Source of the DNA: Paraspadella gotoi
Lineage: Eukaryota > Animalia > Chaetognatha
Assembly: GCA_051294375.1 (NCBI GenBank)
Contig: CM119271.1
Location: 15,754,770 to 15,818,769 of the forward strand
Length of the DNA stretch: 64,000 nt
Direction: 5' to 3'
In this document: positions 26,922 through 39,825 of the stretch, piece by piece
How the letters are laid out: each line of letters opens with the position of its first letter
Numbering within the stretch: position 1 is the first letter of the stretch
Notes under the pieces: model-generated
Seen by the model: only the letters and a program-made list of their open reading frames with translations
The model's database searches: none
What the model was told of the DNA's origin: nothing
Program-made: the position numbers and the translations under genes

Positions 26922-28336
26922 TCATTCAATGAGTGTATCGTTCGCCTCTTCCGCTTTATAATCCGTCCCAGCCTTCGCCGGCTCCACCCCTTCCCTCGTC
27001 GGCATCCATTTCTGTTTCGCCTCCACACTTTTCGACTTTTTAACGACATAATTTTCCACGACGTTCAACTCTTGTCCGAAGTTCCAGATATTCCAGCCGA
27101 TCAAAGCCCCGAATCCCATCTGAGCCACGATGTTTAGGAGGATCCAATGCCACGAGGACACGAAGGGCTTAGACAGTATCTTGTGGAATTCCCGCCAGTA
27201 CCGGGGCTTGAGAGGAGGTAGGGGTACCTGTGAGAAGAAAAAAAAAGGGGATTTTATTCTTATATTCAATATTATTCCAAATTTAATTATACATCTAGAA
27301 AGATTTGTAATATATTATACCCAGAAATTATAACAGGTAGTTATGCTATACGCGTTTAATTTTTGGTCATGTGATCACTTCTTGATAATAAAGTGAAATG
27401 AGTTAAAGTATTTATAAAAAAAGCTTTTAATAATATGTATTTAACAATAAAATCATATAATAAATACGGTTTTTAAAAACTAAAAAAAACTGATTGTAAT
27501 TAGGTGGCTCCTCGAGGATTCATCGCAACTAAAAAGATTAAGAAACAAGCCCGTGGTCATCCAACTAACCGTGTAATAGCGTTTGGCGTAATAAAAGGCG
27601 CCCATAATGCCACAGAACGAGGGCCAAACGAAACCGCCCCAGACCTGAATGAGACCAGCGCGTAAGGTGAGGCAATCGCGACAGGGCTCCTGAAGGTTAA
27701 AGGGAGGGGAGGGGAGGAGAAAAGGAGAAAATGAAAGAAAACCAAGGAAAACAAAAAGAAAGAAAAAGAAATTTGAAAAAACCTCCTTAATGAGAGCGGG
27801 TTCGGCGACTTGACTGTACATCAACGTGGGTGAGTAGATCGCAGGCAGCACACCGCCGTAGCAGTAGTGAATGATTCGGGCGTGATACATTCCCAGTTTA
27901 AATCGTTGACGCGTGATGCCGATCATGTAGAGGGCGGTGGAGAAAGTGGCTAAACCGCAGCCAAACGGCCAAAGCGAAGTAAACTTTTGATATTTCTCGA
28001 ACTCTGGCCGCTCGGAAATTTCGTGAGCGGCTGCTAAGACTTCCTTTCGGGATAAGCGGATCGCGCCGGGGGGAATGTTCTGTCGTTTCGTGATTGGTGA
28101 GACGTTTTAAAGGGATTTAATTATGTGGGAGGGAATAGGGAGAATAAAAGAGAGAAAACGGGGGGGGGGGAAGTGGAATTTTTTTAATTAATTTTCTCGC
28201 AATTAACTTTCTTTTAAACCTTCTCAGTTCTTACCTTAATTTCTTCTTCGCCTTCGGCCAAAATGAGTTTTCCCCCCTGAGAGAACGGCGCCCTCGTGTG
28301 GGAGAGGCTGGTTCGCTCCCACGGTCGCTGAGACAT
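26922..28336 (-). CDS. TMEM126: TMEM126 family mitochondrial membrane protein, 4 exons
   Basis: CxxC (PCRDCLTLRAGLIQV), AKRYYTVPLP and ILSKP patterns with several TM segments. Exon 1 is 28336-28235 and ends at a GTAAGA donor. Confidence 0.75.
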
Positions 28337-29687
28337 CGTCCCAAGATCGCACTTAAATCTCTGCTATATATATATATAGACTGTCGCACTGAGAAAATTA
28401 CACGAGCCAATGGCAATGCACTTATTTTCTCAATGTTTGCGAAAACAGAAAATCTCAAAAAAAAAAAAAAAAAGAATCTAACAACAAAATTTTGATTCTT
28501 ACTAGAATGAAAATATTTAACTCGCTTTTGCACAATTTAACTTTTTGTCTATAGAGAAATGTAGATCTAAATTTCCACTAAGTTAAAAAGCTTTACAATT
28601 TGAAAATTTGTAAATTTTGTGGGACACAATTAAGAGAGACAGATTTAATGGAGCGGTCTCTCCGAGATTAATCATTAAAGGGAAAGGGGAATGAATTATT
28701 TTAAATAAAACATTTATTACTTCTTGCGTTGAGAAAAACGCAGTTTTATCATCTGTAACGCTTCGTGCAAAGCGATTCCAAGTTTAAAAAATAAATATTC
28801 ACTTTTGAGTTCATGCGGAAAACTAAATCACACAAAAAAAAAAAAAAAATTAAGAAAAAAAACAAAAAAAAAAAGAATAATGATCACTAAACAAGGACGT
28901 TGACTGAAAATAGGTATACTCACAGAAAAAGCCAAAATACTACGTTCAAAACGAAATGTATTTAATTAATTTTCAATACAATTTGTAAAATTAACGAGAG
29001 CGACGGTGGTTAACTACTGTCTTCGGACAAAATCATTGGGGGTTTCCGGGAATTTTTTTCAAGCCATTTATGTTTAATTTCAATTCAAGAAAATATTAAA
29101 CATACATAAGACAATATAACCTAGTATATTGTTGGTAAAGTTCGCGCTGTTCGTCCTAAAATGTCCGCAAAAATTAACTTTAAAGTTCCCTTGCCTAATT
29201 AATTAAAAGTAAGTAAAAATAGGTAAATGGGGGGAAGGGGCGGGGTGGGTGGAGGGGACAAAGATTTTTGGAGGAGATAAGATTTATTTCTCAGTAAGAG
29301 AAAAACGAAGTAACGTTTAATCTGGAGTAAGTATGTAAATAAATCCTTCAGCCAAGGAAAGAATAAAAATCTTAATCTCATGATACTGGATATGAGTGCA
29401 GTTCTCTGCATAGCACTACCAAGGTTTCTCTTACTTTTCGCCCCAGAAAATATCAACGAAATTTTCTTTTACGAGTCTTAAAGTTAAGCGATGGGCGTTT
29501 AAAACAAAACTACAACAACCTATTCCGAATTATTTAAATATAAACGCTACATTCCAATTAATCGTTTTAATAAAAAACAAAACAAAACCGATAATCCTGA
29601 GAAAATTAACTTTGAAATATTGTTCGGCCAACCCACTCCCATCCCCCCCCCCCACGAACACCACCTCTACACCACCACGGCCTCCTG

Positions 29688-32600
29688 TCACCGGAACTCG
29701 TAGACGGGAATGGAATACTCGGGGACGTGAGTGAGGTTGAGCGATTGGTACCACTCCGATGATCGATGATAGTAATAACCTTCGATCGTCTTCGTAGATT
29801 TTTGAAAACAAATGTAGTAGAATCCGGCGAAGGAGGCGCCGTTGATGTCCTGGCAAAGGGTTCAACTTGAATAGTAATATAATCATAAAGGCAAAGCTTC
29901 TTGAAAATCAGTATTCGAGATAACATTTATGTTAAGTAAAGAAATATAATTTATATTGATTGTATCTGCAATAATTTTATATTGGTTGTACCAATTTCAT
30001 TAAAGCTAGCGCCTTGTAATTGTTGTTGTATTTTGATGCTAGTTCGGAGTACAATATAGTATTCTAATCTAATTCTAATCTAAGTAATTGTAATCGAATA
30101 CTTAGGGAGTGGTCCTTTTAAACAGTTTAAACTTTGAAATGTTATCTCTTTTCATTGATAGGGAACCCGGGTACTTTGGGGGTGAATAAAGTGTGAGAGT
30201 GTGAGAGTCCTGCTATTTTATTTTCTTGTTAGAGTGATGAGGCCTTAAACCACCAAAGCGGCAAGATAGCTTATCTATTAGATGAATGGATAATTTTTAT
30301 ATTGGTTGAACCAATTTCATATTAAAAGAGAAATGGCGCGAGATCTCAGAAGGATCGCAGTCCACACCCTAACCCACCTTGATGGTGTGGTCGGGCACGA
30401 GGAACATCTCCTTCCACCGCATGAAGACGAAGTCGGTGTCGTCCAACGCCGCGTAATCGAAAGTGTCGAGGTTGAAGGTCTTGGCGTATTGATAAAAGGA
30501 GAGGAACTTGCCCCAGTGCTTCCGGTCCACCTCCTCGTCCGCGTCCCACTTGCGGGTCAGAAAGGGAAACTTGGCGCTGATGATTTCTCCCATGAAGCAG
30601 GTCGTCAGAGTGGAGAACTCTTCCGTCAGGCCGTGGATCTGGAGGTTAAGGCAAAAGCATGAATCACGCCTTTAATCTTGCTCCTCAACTCATTCCCGGC
30701 TCCAACCTTGAGGTATCCGCATAGGTAAGAGTTTTCCTCGTCGACGTTCTGCAGAACGACCTCAACGTCGTAGGAATTTCCCTTGGACTTCTGATGCCCG
30801 CGAAACTTGGATCCGCTGTAGAGGAGCGAAGTGGTGACACCCGGAAGTCGAGAGTTGACAGGCGGCGGCGGGACTAAATCCACCTGGAAAAAAAAAACAT
30901 ACATACTTCAAAAGATTAAAATCTTACAACCGAGAAATAATAATGGATATGGTGTCGTCATAATACACTGCGGCGCAAAAAAAAGAAGCCACTTCTTTCA
31001 CACCGAAAAAAACTATATTGGATGGATTAATTTCACTGAGATATAAAAACATAAAACAAAGCTTATTGAAAGAAGAGATTGGTCCAGGTTCCATTAAAAT
31101 TGATCAAAGTCAAAGTCGATTGGTACAAAACATCTGACGATAATAAATTAATTTCAATAAAAAAAAAATTTGATTTTTTTTTATTATAATATATTTATAA
31201 TATAAAATTAGCTGAACAAATTCAGCATCAAATATCTGTATGGATAGGTGTTAACCATTTTCAACCTAAATCAAATTAAAATAAGTAGGGAAACTATATA
31301 AAAAAACAACCTTTAAAAAATAAAGAAAAAGCAGTTGAGTAATAACTTACCTAAAATGAATTTAAAAACTTTTTCATATGAAAGTTTTTTCCTTATGGCA
31401 TCTCTCTTACAATTATATTAAATTTTTTTTTTTTATATTTTTATCATAAAATTACATTTTGATTTTGAGATAATTTTAATGAATTTTTTAATTAAAAATC
31501 ACCATTATTCGGTTTTTCAAAACTTATATCTTTATTATACATAGCACAAATATATCATTTATGTTTTCTCTCTCTCTTCCCTCTCTTTTACCATTTTTAC
31601 TTCCTTTCAAAAACTCTCTCAATCTGTCCTTACCTTCAGCCTGTCCTCACCTATCTCACCACTTTGTTGGAAAACTTTATTCTCTCTCTCTCTCGCTCTT
31701 TCTTTCTCTCACACTTCTTTTGCAGAATTTTTCAAATTAAATACTAACTTTAAAGTTTTGCTATATACTACTACCTGAACCGATTCAAATTTTTTTTACA
31801 CCAATCGATAGCTCTTTAAAAGAGCTATAATTTTTATATATATTTTTTCAAAATTAAAAAAGAAATAGTGGTGTATTTAAAGCTACCAAGTGGGTTCTTT
31901 TTTTTGCGCTGCAGTGTACCTATAAAAGTTGCAAAATTACTTGTTTCATTATCTTTATTTTTTATTTTTTAGATTTAAAATAACTATTAATGATTTTATT
32001 TATTTGTTAAAATATTGTGTTAAATATATATTATAGGTACACTGCGGCGCAAAAAAAGAAGCCACTAGGTAGCTTTAAATACACCACTATTTCTTTTTTA
32101 AGAACGTTTTTTAGAACGTTCAAAGAAAACAAAATATAAGATATTAAATTCCATTCATAATTATTTTACTGTATTAAGGTCTGAAAAACTCGATGGTAAG
32201 GACTATTTTTTTTGGTATAATTTCATCTTTCTTGTCGCAAATGAAGATTTTTTAATATATATAAAATGCTAATAAAATAGCGCAAACATTAAAAGTTATG
32301 ATAAATAAAATTATTAAAATTTTATAAAATTTAAATGAGCTTTTGAAATATGAAAATAAAAACCAATAAAAATATTTTGGTAAGTTTATTTCTAAATAGT
32401 ATATTTTTTTAATGTTAGTTAGCTATATTTATTAATAATAATGAGTAAAAATTAGGCTAAAGTTAAAAAATAACAATTTAAAAATTTTTATCCCGGATTC
32501 GCATTTCTTGCAAAGAAAATATAATTTTTATTAAAAAATCATATCATAAAGTTGGTCAAAACTGAGAAAAACTAACATTTTAACCAGCTTAATGAAAAAT

Positions 32601-33073
32601 TTGTTAAATTGAATTTTACTTTAAATCAAATCTGGTTTTAAAATTTCAATTTTTTTATATTTTCACTTTAGCCTATTTAATACTACTAATAATTAATCAA
32701 TATAGTTAACAAGCTGTTAATAAAACATAAAATTTGTAAATAAACTTACCAAAATATTTTTATGGGTCTTTTTTTATATTATGTAAGCTAAATATAATTT
32801 GAGTTTCTCATACTCTACAACGTTTGCGCCATTTTAATAGCACCATATATGCTTCAAAAATCGCCATTTCTGACAAAGAAGATGAAACTATACAAAAAAA
32901 TGGTTATCATCATCGAGTTCTTCAGACCATAATACCTTAAAATAATAAAGAATGGAATTAAATATCTCATATTTTATCTTTGAACGCTCTAGGTTAGAGC
33001 GTTCAAAGATAAAATATGAGATATTTAATAATTAAGCGCTCAAATAGTCATTATAACTAACCTTGCCGGGCAT
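29688..33073 (-). CDS. GID4: GID complex subunit 4 (Vid24), 4 exons with a 12-nt first coding exon
   Basis: ATG CCC GGC AAG|GTTAGT (33073-33062) joins VDLVPPPP...[26 protein letters not shown] and [12 protein letters not shown]...YEFR*. Confidence 0.95.
30130..30322 (+). mobile_element. Dispersed repeat family B, copy 1 (partial extra end at about 29970-30002)
   Basis: Aligns to the reverse complement of 44451-44680 (GTGAATAAA, GTCCTGCTAT, GAGGCCTTAAACCA, GGCAAGATAGCTTAT, TATATTGGTT..ACCAATTTCAT). Confidence 0.7.
30966..31916. mobile_element. Non-autonomous DNA transposon (MITE) with about 29-bp TIRs and TA flanks
   Basis: Left end is TA-CACTGCGGCGCAAAAAAAAGAAGCCACTT. The right end reverse-complements to TA-CACTGCAGCGCAAAAAAAAGAACCCACTT. 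A third TIR copy starts at 32040. Confidence 0.85.
32112..32991. mobile_element. Foldback element with diverged inverted arms of about 370 bp
   Basis: 32112-32480 aligns to the reverse complement of about 32640-32991 (TAGA.CGTTCAAAGA, GGTCTGAA.AACTCGATG, ATAAAAATATTTTGGTAAGTTTATTT, TAGGCTAAAGT). Confidence 0.8.
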
Positions 33074-33451
33074 GGTTGCCGATTCCTTGCCAGGAGCACT
33101 TTTCAGACGCTGTTAAGAGTCGCGACGCATTAGAAACAAAGTTCGTTTAATCATAGTTTTCCGTTATGACGCTTTAAATAGTCTTAGTGACATTTAAAGT
33201 TTAAAATCATAGTCGAGTTTTTAGGTAACAATCGTCAATGAAATGCAAGACTGCGACAAATCAAATGTACGTTGAAAATAAAACAAACGGAAAAAAATGT
33301 TTGTAATAACGATCGACTCGTTTAGTTTTACTAACAACAAAATAGGAAACCAAACGAGTAATGAATGAAGCCAACCATGAATAATTCATTGAATTTATCT
33401 TTATTACGCATTCTTTCTTCCAGTTACATTGTGCATTGCACAATGTGTAAT

Positions 33452-35404
33452 TTACCGTCGGATATTCTTACGTTTAGCACATTCTTTTTTATGCACCGTC
33501 TTCCAATGCTTTTTCTGACATTCCTCGGAGCAGTAACTCACTATTTTACAACGACCGCAATACATGAACTTATCCTTTTCTGTGTCTTTATTTAAGCAAA
33601 ATCCACACAATTTATGACCCGCTTGACTTTGTTTCCTTCCTTCTTTCGTTAGTCGCAAAAATTGAACATCGAAATGAATTGATTCTTCCTCATCCATCAT
33701 AGAACATAACTTTTGCTGATAAAACGATGGTTCCTCCCCGGTAATATTAATTAGCTCCCGGGGATTCCTAGAAATAACATCGTAATAAGGGGGTGACGAT
33801 ATCTTTTTCCCACTTTCATCGGTGACCTTATTATTATGAAGATTCAAAACGATTTTTTCGTTAGTAAATAAAGATAATAAAGATATTGTGCCTGTATTTG
33901 TCATTTCACAATTAGTGTATTGAGGATTCAAAAATGATATTTCATTGTTTTCCAAAGTACAATCAAACGAATCTCTATGCAACAGAATAACGCCATTCAA
34001 ATTATAAATTTTGTTGTTTTTAAGTATTAACTCGGAGTAACCGTTTTCTTTCTCCCGACTTTCAACACAAAAAGAAAAATCTTTTCCTTCGAGTAATCGT
34101 ATCTTTGAATTCAGAATCTCGACTTTGGATTTGGATATTAAAAATAGATTAGTAGGAATTTTCATGTCGAAGGATGATGACTCCTGATAATTACTAAAAT
34201 TTGAATTAATTGCCTTTAACGTGCTGTTACTTACAAAGATACCATTGGAGGTAATTTTTACGTTTTCTAAATGAGCAACAGATTCTTTTTCTATACACAT
34301 GGCAAATGGATCAGAATTGATGGTGACTTCTTTACAAACTAACTGGGACGTCATTAACGAAAAAACTAAAACCTTCGAGTTGAAGAATGACTTTTCGATG
34401 ACTACCCTCGTTTTTTCACCCGATATAAAAGATTCCATTTTTTCGTTTCCGAGGTAACTTAAAAAAACGAATGAATTATAAAAGAAAATTCTGCTGTTCT
34501 CTATCAAGTTAATCAAGATAGAATTTAAACGTACCAACGCTACTCTCGAAAATCGGAGAAAATATGCCGTGATAGATAATGAGCGTCGAAACAAAAGAAT
34601 TACATCAGTTTTTACTAATGAAAGTGATTTTGAGAAATTCTTTTCCATTTCTTTAAAATCAGGGATTTCGTATGGAAGCCGATTTCCAACAAAGTCGGAA
34701 TTGACATACTTTAAGGAGACGTAACACCCTTCTATATGGTTAGGGAGACCAAAATCATCTTCATATACGCCCGGCTCTATTAATAGAGAAAAAGGCTGAT
34801 TCCATAACATAGCATAAAACAAAGCGTCTGTTATCGTTGTACAGCATCCAGCGCCAGAAGGATTGACGTAAAAGACGTTGGAAGGGAATTTAATTGCATC
34901 AAATCCGGGTTGACGTTTGATAAAGTCTTTGTAATGGCTATGATTAGCGAGTTTGAGAACGAGCCAGAATGCAGGGTCTTTAATTTCATCTATTTTAGAG
35001 TTATTTACATTTGGATAAACGCGATTAATATACTCGTCGAGAGCTTTATGTTCGCCAGTTGGACAGCAAAATTGTAAGTTTAATATTGCCTCGGCCCTTG
35101 CCAAATAAATAAAACCTTTCGTCCACTCTTCGCTCGATTGTACGGCCAACTTGGCCGCCGAGTGACATCTCATCGAAAGACAAATAACGAGACTTTGCTC
35201 TATATTTTTATTAAAGTAAAAAACTTTGCGCAACTCGTTCAACGCCATTTGCGATTCGTTTGTGTAGCACTTGGCCACTTCGACTGGATCGGCGCCTTCA
35301 TCGGCCGCCGCTTTCGCCGCCTCGCGATAAATCTTCATCGCTTCTCCATATTTCTTCTCGTCCAATCGAATCTTTGCTTTTCGTTTCAACTCTAAATAAC
35401 GCAT
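33452..35404 (-). CDS. Intronless 650-aa protein: TPR-like N-terminus, probable right-handed beta-helix, C-terminal MYND zinc finger
   Basis: KYGEAMKIYREA and KCYTNESQ are TPR-like. FYVNPSGAG..TITDAL..LLIEPGVYE resembles a pectin-lyase-fold entry motif. CGFC...CGRCKIVSYCSEECQKKHWKTVHKKEC is a MYND finger. Confidence 0.85.
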   Translation of the reverse strand: MRYLELKRKAKIRLDEKKYGEAMKIYREAAKAAADEGADPVEVAKCYTNESQMALNELRKVFYFNKNIEQSLVICLSMRCHSAAKLAVQSSEEWTKGFIYLARAEAILNLQFCCPTGEHKALDEYINRVYPNVNNSKIDEIKDPAFWLVLKLANHSHYKDFIKRQPGFDAIKFPSNVFYVNPSGAGCCTTITDALFYAMLWNQPFSLLIEPGVYEDDFGLPNHIEGCYVSLKYVNSDFVGNRLPYEIPDFKEMEKNFSKSLSLVKTDVILLFRRSLSITAYFLRFSRVALVRLNSILINLIENSRIFFYNSFVFLSYLGNEKMESFISGEKTRVVIEKSFFNSKVLVFSLMTSQLVCKEVTINSDPFAMCIEKESVAHLENVKITSNGIFVSNSTLKAINSNFSNYQESSSFDMKIPTNLFLISKSKVEILNSKIRLLEGKDFSFCVESREKENGYSELILKNNKIYNLNGVILLHRDSFDCTLENNEISFLNPQYTNCEMTNTGTISLLSLFTNEKIVLNLHNNKVTDESGKKISSPPYYDVISRNPRELINITGEEPSFYQQKLCSMMDEEESIHFDVQFLRLTKEGRKQSQAGHKLCGFCLNKDTEKDKFMYCGRCKIVSYCSEECQKKHWKTVHKKECAKRKNIRR

Positions 35405-35849
35405 CTTGATTCTTGAAGGCGCAGATTTATAGGAAATTCGATACCCAAAAATAAAATGAGCAGTTAAGACTGAACCTAAAAAAAAAAATATTCATTTTGA
35501 AAGAACAATTAGCTATATCATAAAAATACATTTCTTCTATAGGCCCTACATGTGTAACTCGTTTTAAAAACTTTCAAAAAACAACAACAAAATTCAAATA
35601 TATTCAAAATCGAATCTGACCAATAAAAAGTCAGTTAAAAAGAAATTAACGTTCGAGGATGGCAACGATAAAAAAAGAAAGAAGTTCAACGTTAACAAAA
35701 ATAATAAGAAGTATGAAGGAAGCTTTAGGTTTAGCGGTTCTAACATTTAATGATTTATGAAAAGAAAATTCGTCGGAATTTACTCATCAAGAGTCGATTA
35801 TCATCATCATCATCATCATCATCGTCTCTTTAACATATCCATGGCTCCG

Positions 35850-36924
35850 TCATCTCCTCCCCCTCGCCTTCCTGCTGCTAAAATACTTGACCCCTCCCAC
35901 CGTCGACGCCCGGGCGTACTTCAAGAGCAGCGCCCCCACGCCGACTTTGGGCGAGGTCAAGTCAGTCACGTAAGGAGTCACGTCTTCCTCGGTCCATTTT
36001 TCCCTGGCGGCGAAGAGAGCGTCGAACCGGGCCTCCGTCTCCTCGGGCAGACGCTCGCGGGGGAACCAGGCGACGGTGGGGGGGCGGGCGGCGGGCTCGA
36101 CGAGGGCAAGCCCGCGAAGAAGGGAGACGTCGGGCGGAGGGAGGGAGTCGGGCAGACTTGCCCGCCACACGGAGAGAAACTCGTCGAGGTTGAAGCGACC
36201 GGCTTTTTGAAGGAGGACGGAAGCGAAGTCTATCGCCACCTGGAGGAAAGAGACGGAAGAATATATGACAGATTTGTGACAATTTTAATTAATGCTAAAA
36301 TATCACAAAAAACCTTTTTCGGCGAAATGGCAAAGAGGAGGGGATCCTCCGGTTTCTCCGCCGGAAGTTCTTCGCCCACGGACTCCAACACTCCCAGGAT
36401 TACCTGTAATCAACGCGCAACTTGGTTAAAAACAATCGGATTTCAATCAGCCGCTGCCTTCTTTTTACTAATATAAAATTAAACAACAACGCAAATTAAT
36501 TTTCCTCCTTGTCATTTCATTTCATAAACGCGTGATTTATACAATAAAACCTAATTCGATAAAATATCGTTGCAAAGAATTGCGATGATGAAAGTCCTTT
36601 TTTTTATCATCGCCTTTCTCATTGTTTTTTTCAAACCAATAATGATCTTCATATTAAAAATTGTAAAGCGATCGAGTTGCTCTTTTGTTCGATCACCTCC
36701 TCCGGTTCCAACTCCATCAACGTTTCGACGACGCTGGCGACGGGGACGGCGTCTAGGCGCCAACCGTTCTCGTCAACGAGGCCGAGGATCTGAGAGAGGA
36801 CGCCGCTGGCGTAGTCGGGGTCGAGGAGGCGGCGAAACCCGGAAATCTCCAGGGCGTGGAGGCGAGAGAGCTCGGAGCGAATCTCAGCTGGGCTGGCCGG
36901 GACCTGAGAGTGTTATTTTGTTAA

Positions 36925-36963
<39 letters not shown>

Positions 36964-38555
36964 TTGTTATTAAGTTTATTGTATTTTTAAGTTTTTTGCA
37001 TGTATTGCATAATGAAGAAGTTTTAGTCTTCATGCCCCTGAAGACGAACCTTTGAGGTTTCACCCGGCCGAAGAGCCTAACTTGAGTTCGATCGCAAATA
37101 TGAAGAATAAGTTGTAGTACTTCTAATTTGAACTTAAATTTAGCAAGAAAATAACCGTAGAAACTCGTAAAAACAGTTTATTGGCTCAACGATGGTGGAT
37201 GTGAGACAGTGTGAATATACCGCCAGCTTCTTCATGAAATTTTAAACGAAAACTAACTCGCTCACAAAAATGTGACTTTGATCTTTAACCAGCCACAGAA
37301 ATTGAGGGAACATTTAAAAAGAGAGAGAAAGAAAGAGGCGAGGCTTAATATTTTCCTCAAATAATAAACTCAACTTGGAGAGATAGTTGATAAAAAGCTT
37401 GCAGGATTTGGCTCAGTTTTTATCTTGTAAGAGGGTAAAAAAAATCATTATCTGTAAAAAAAACGCACGCTCTCTCCCCTCTCTCTTTCTTTACGGCCAA
37501 ATAATATTTATATTTTCGAATAAAACAGCCAGAAAATTATATCTTTTCCATTATTTAAAATTTTACATAATTGGTGAATCGAATTTCATGAAACTAATTC
37601 ACTAATTGATTATTTCAACATCCTCTTACTCACCATCTCCACTAGCTCCTCCTCCGTGTACTTCCTTCCCTTCCTCACTTCCCCTCTCTCGTCCACCCTG
37701 CCGCTGTAGGGATTCTCCTCCAGCAGCTGCCGCAGCCTCGACAGCCTCGGCCGCTGCGGACGCGCCTCCAAATATTCAGAGAAGACGCCGCGGACGCGAG
37801 GGAAAGTCACGCGTCTGGCGAGAGGCTCGTCCGCTTCTCCTCCGCTTCTCTCGTAGGACTCGAAGTCTTTCGCCACCAAAAGGAGATTGGATGTCTCGGC
37901 GGATCGAAGTTCGTAGGTAGCGGAGTCGGTGACGAGGACGGCGTTCTCATCCGCGCCTCGAAGTAAATACGTAATAAGCTATTAGTATTATAATTTGTTT
38001 ATAGTAGGCTCCCGAGCTCCCCGCTTGCGGTCCATCGAGTTCGACGAAGGGTTATGATAAGTGTTTGGGGACTAAATCTCCGCTAAGTACAACGGGAGTT
38101 CCCAAAAACGGGTCAAAAAGCTTATTTTTGGTGACACAATCGTAGCAAAACGTGACAAGTTCGCTAAAACGGTTAAAAAACGACTGAAATTAAGTCAAGT
38201 TGAAAAAATGAGCGGCTTCCTAAACGAACCAAGATTAAAAAAAGAGAGGGAGAGAGAGAGAAACAAATGACCAAAAGGAGACGAGCAAAAGAGTGGAATT
38301 TCATCTCGACCCACCTTCGGCCTTGATGGTGAGACATCCTCCCGCCCTCAACTCTTTCGTCAATGCTTCGTCCAATTCGAGGAGGCGAATCCCGTCCGTG
38401 TCAAGCGTCTCGTCGAAGAAGAGGCTCCGCGCCGTCGGCGACAAAGACTCCGGCTCCAACTTGGCGTCCGCGAGTTTTCGGTCAACGTCTTCGCGGCCGC
38501 GGAGGATGAGGGCGTCGACGAGGCGGTGGGGAGATGCGTCAGAGTCGGTAGCCAT
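35850..38555 (-). CDS. DSCC1: Sister chromatid cohesion protein DCC1, 5 exons
   Basis: LLELD, DENAVLVTDSATYELRSAETSNLLL, LRQLLEENPYSG, and RFDALFAAREKWTEEDVTPYV...LLLKYAR. Exon phases are consistent. Confidence 0.92.
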
Positions 38556-39825
38556 GGCGACGGGACTGTTCTTTAATTAGGTTATGCCTGACAAAAACGA
38601 TGGTAGTAGTAGGAAAAGAAAAAATCGTTTAAAAATGCGGGAGGGGGGGGGGAGGGGGCGGGCGGAAGAGATCAAAACCTCGAGGAGTAAAAAAATGGCG
38701 GGGGAAATAAAAAAGACGGAGGCTTTTTTGAAATTTAAAATTCTCGATCGTTCGCGACGTAAAATCCTTTTATAATTAATTATATTAATAATAATTAATT
38801 TCTTTGGGACCATTCGGCCATTCAATCTCAGACAAATTTACATTTCGTAGAATAAATAAAAAGTGAATTGTTTTTTTTTTTTGTTTCGCCCTTTGAAAGG
38901 ATTTGGCTGTGCATGTAAATAGTTGGTATAATAATCATACTTAACGTATAAATAACTTGTATATATTATTGGCTTACGAAGAAATATTTCAGGATTGGAT
39001 CAATAATCGTCTCGATGCATCGCGGTTCCATGTGGGGGCAAGTTGAAGATTTTGGCAACGGGACCGGAAAAGCAAACGGGAGGGAAAGATTGGATTGGTT
39101 GGAGACGAAAAAGTGCGGCTGGCTTCAACGATCTGGCAACATAACGAGATGCTATTGGATTTGCTTGTGTAACGTACTTTTAGCGTAACAACCGATTGTC
39201 GTGATGCAAGATTTTCTGAGAGAAATGACTAGTGCCAATGGAACCGATTGATATAATGCCGGGAACAGACGGGGGGGCTTCCGCTAACAACGAGGGTTTT
39301 TAACCGCCACTTACAAATCGAGAGTTCGACGTAAAAAATATAAATTTGAACTACTAATTAGTATATAAAGCTTAATTAATATGGGCGATTTGAGCTGGTT
39401 GTCGCGTTTGTTAAATAAATATATTAACTAATGTAAAGAGGAATTAAGTAGAAATTTTACTTCGGAACTATAAACGTTTTCCGTCTCTTATTAATTAAAA
39501 GTATACTAATTATAGTTTAGAGAATTTAAATAAGAAGTACGATACGGTTACTGGGTCAGTACTCGATAGGATAATTGAAATATCAATAATCAATATGGTC
39601 AAAAAACCAAAAGTGGAACCAAAAAAAGGACAACAATTTCGAAAATAAATTAAGAATTACGGGACAATCTCGCACTGTATTTAGCGTAACAAGGAAAAAG
39701 AGATTCAAAAATATGAAAACGCTTAATTTTTTTTAATTTTTTTTTTTTTTCGATCGCACGTCTATCATTCAAATTTCAATGATAGAACTGTCAAGTTAAC
39801 TACGAAAAGACACTTGTTTCTATTT

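Noticed and set aside
11176-35404. Bacterial horizontal-transfer origin for the intronless CYP and MYND genes or the sialidase
   Set aside because: The CYP has a eukaryotic membrane anchor and CYP2-clan motifs, MYND is a eukaryotic domain, and the sialidase has introns and NEU1-like features.
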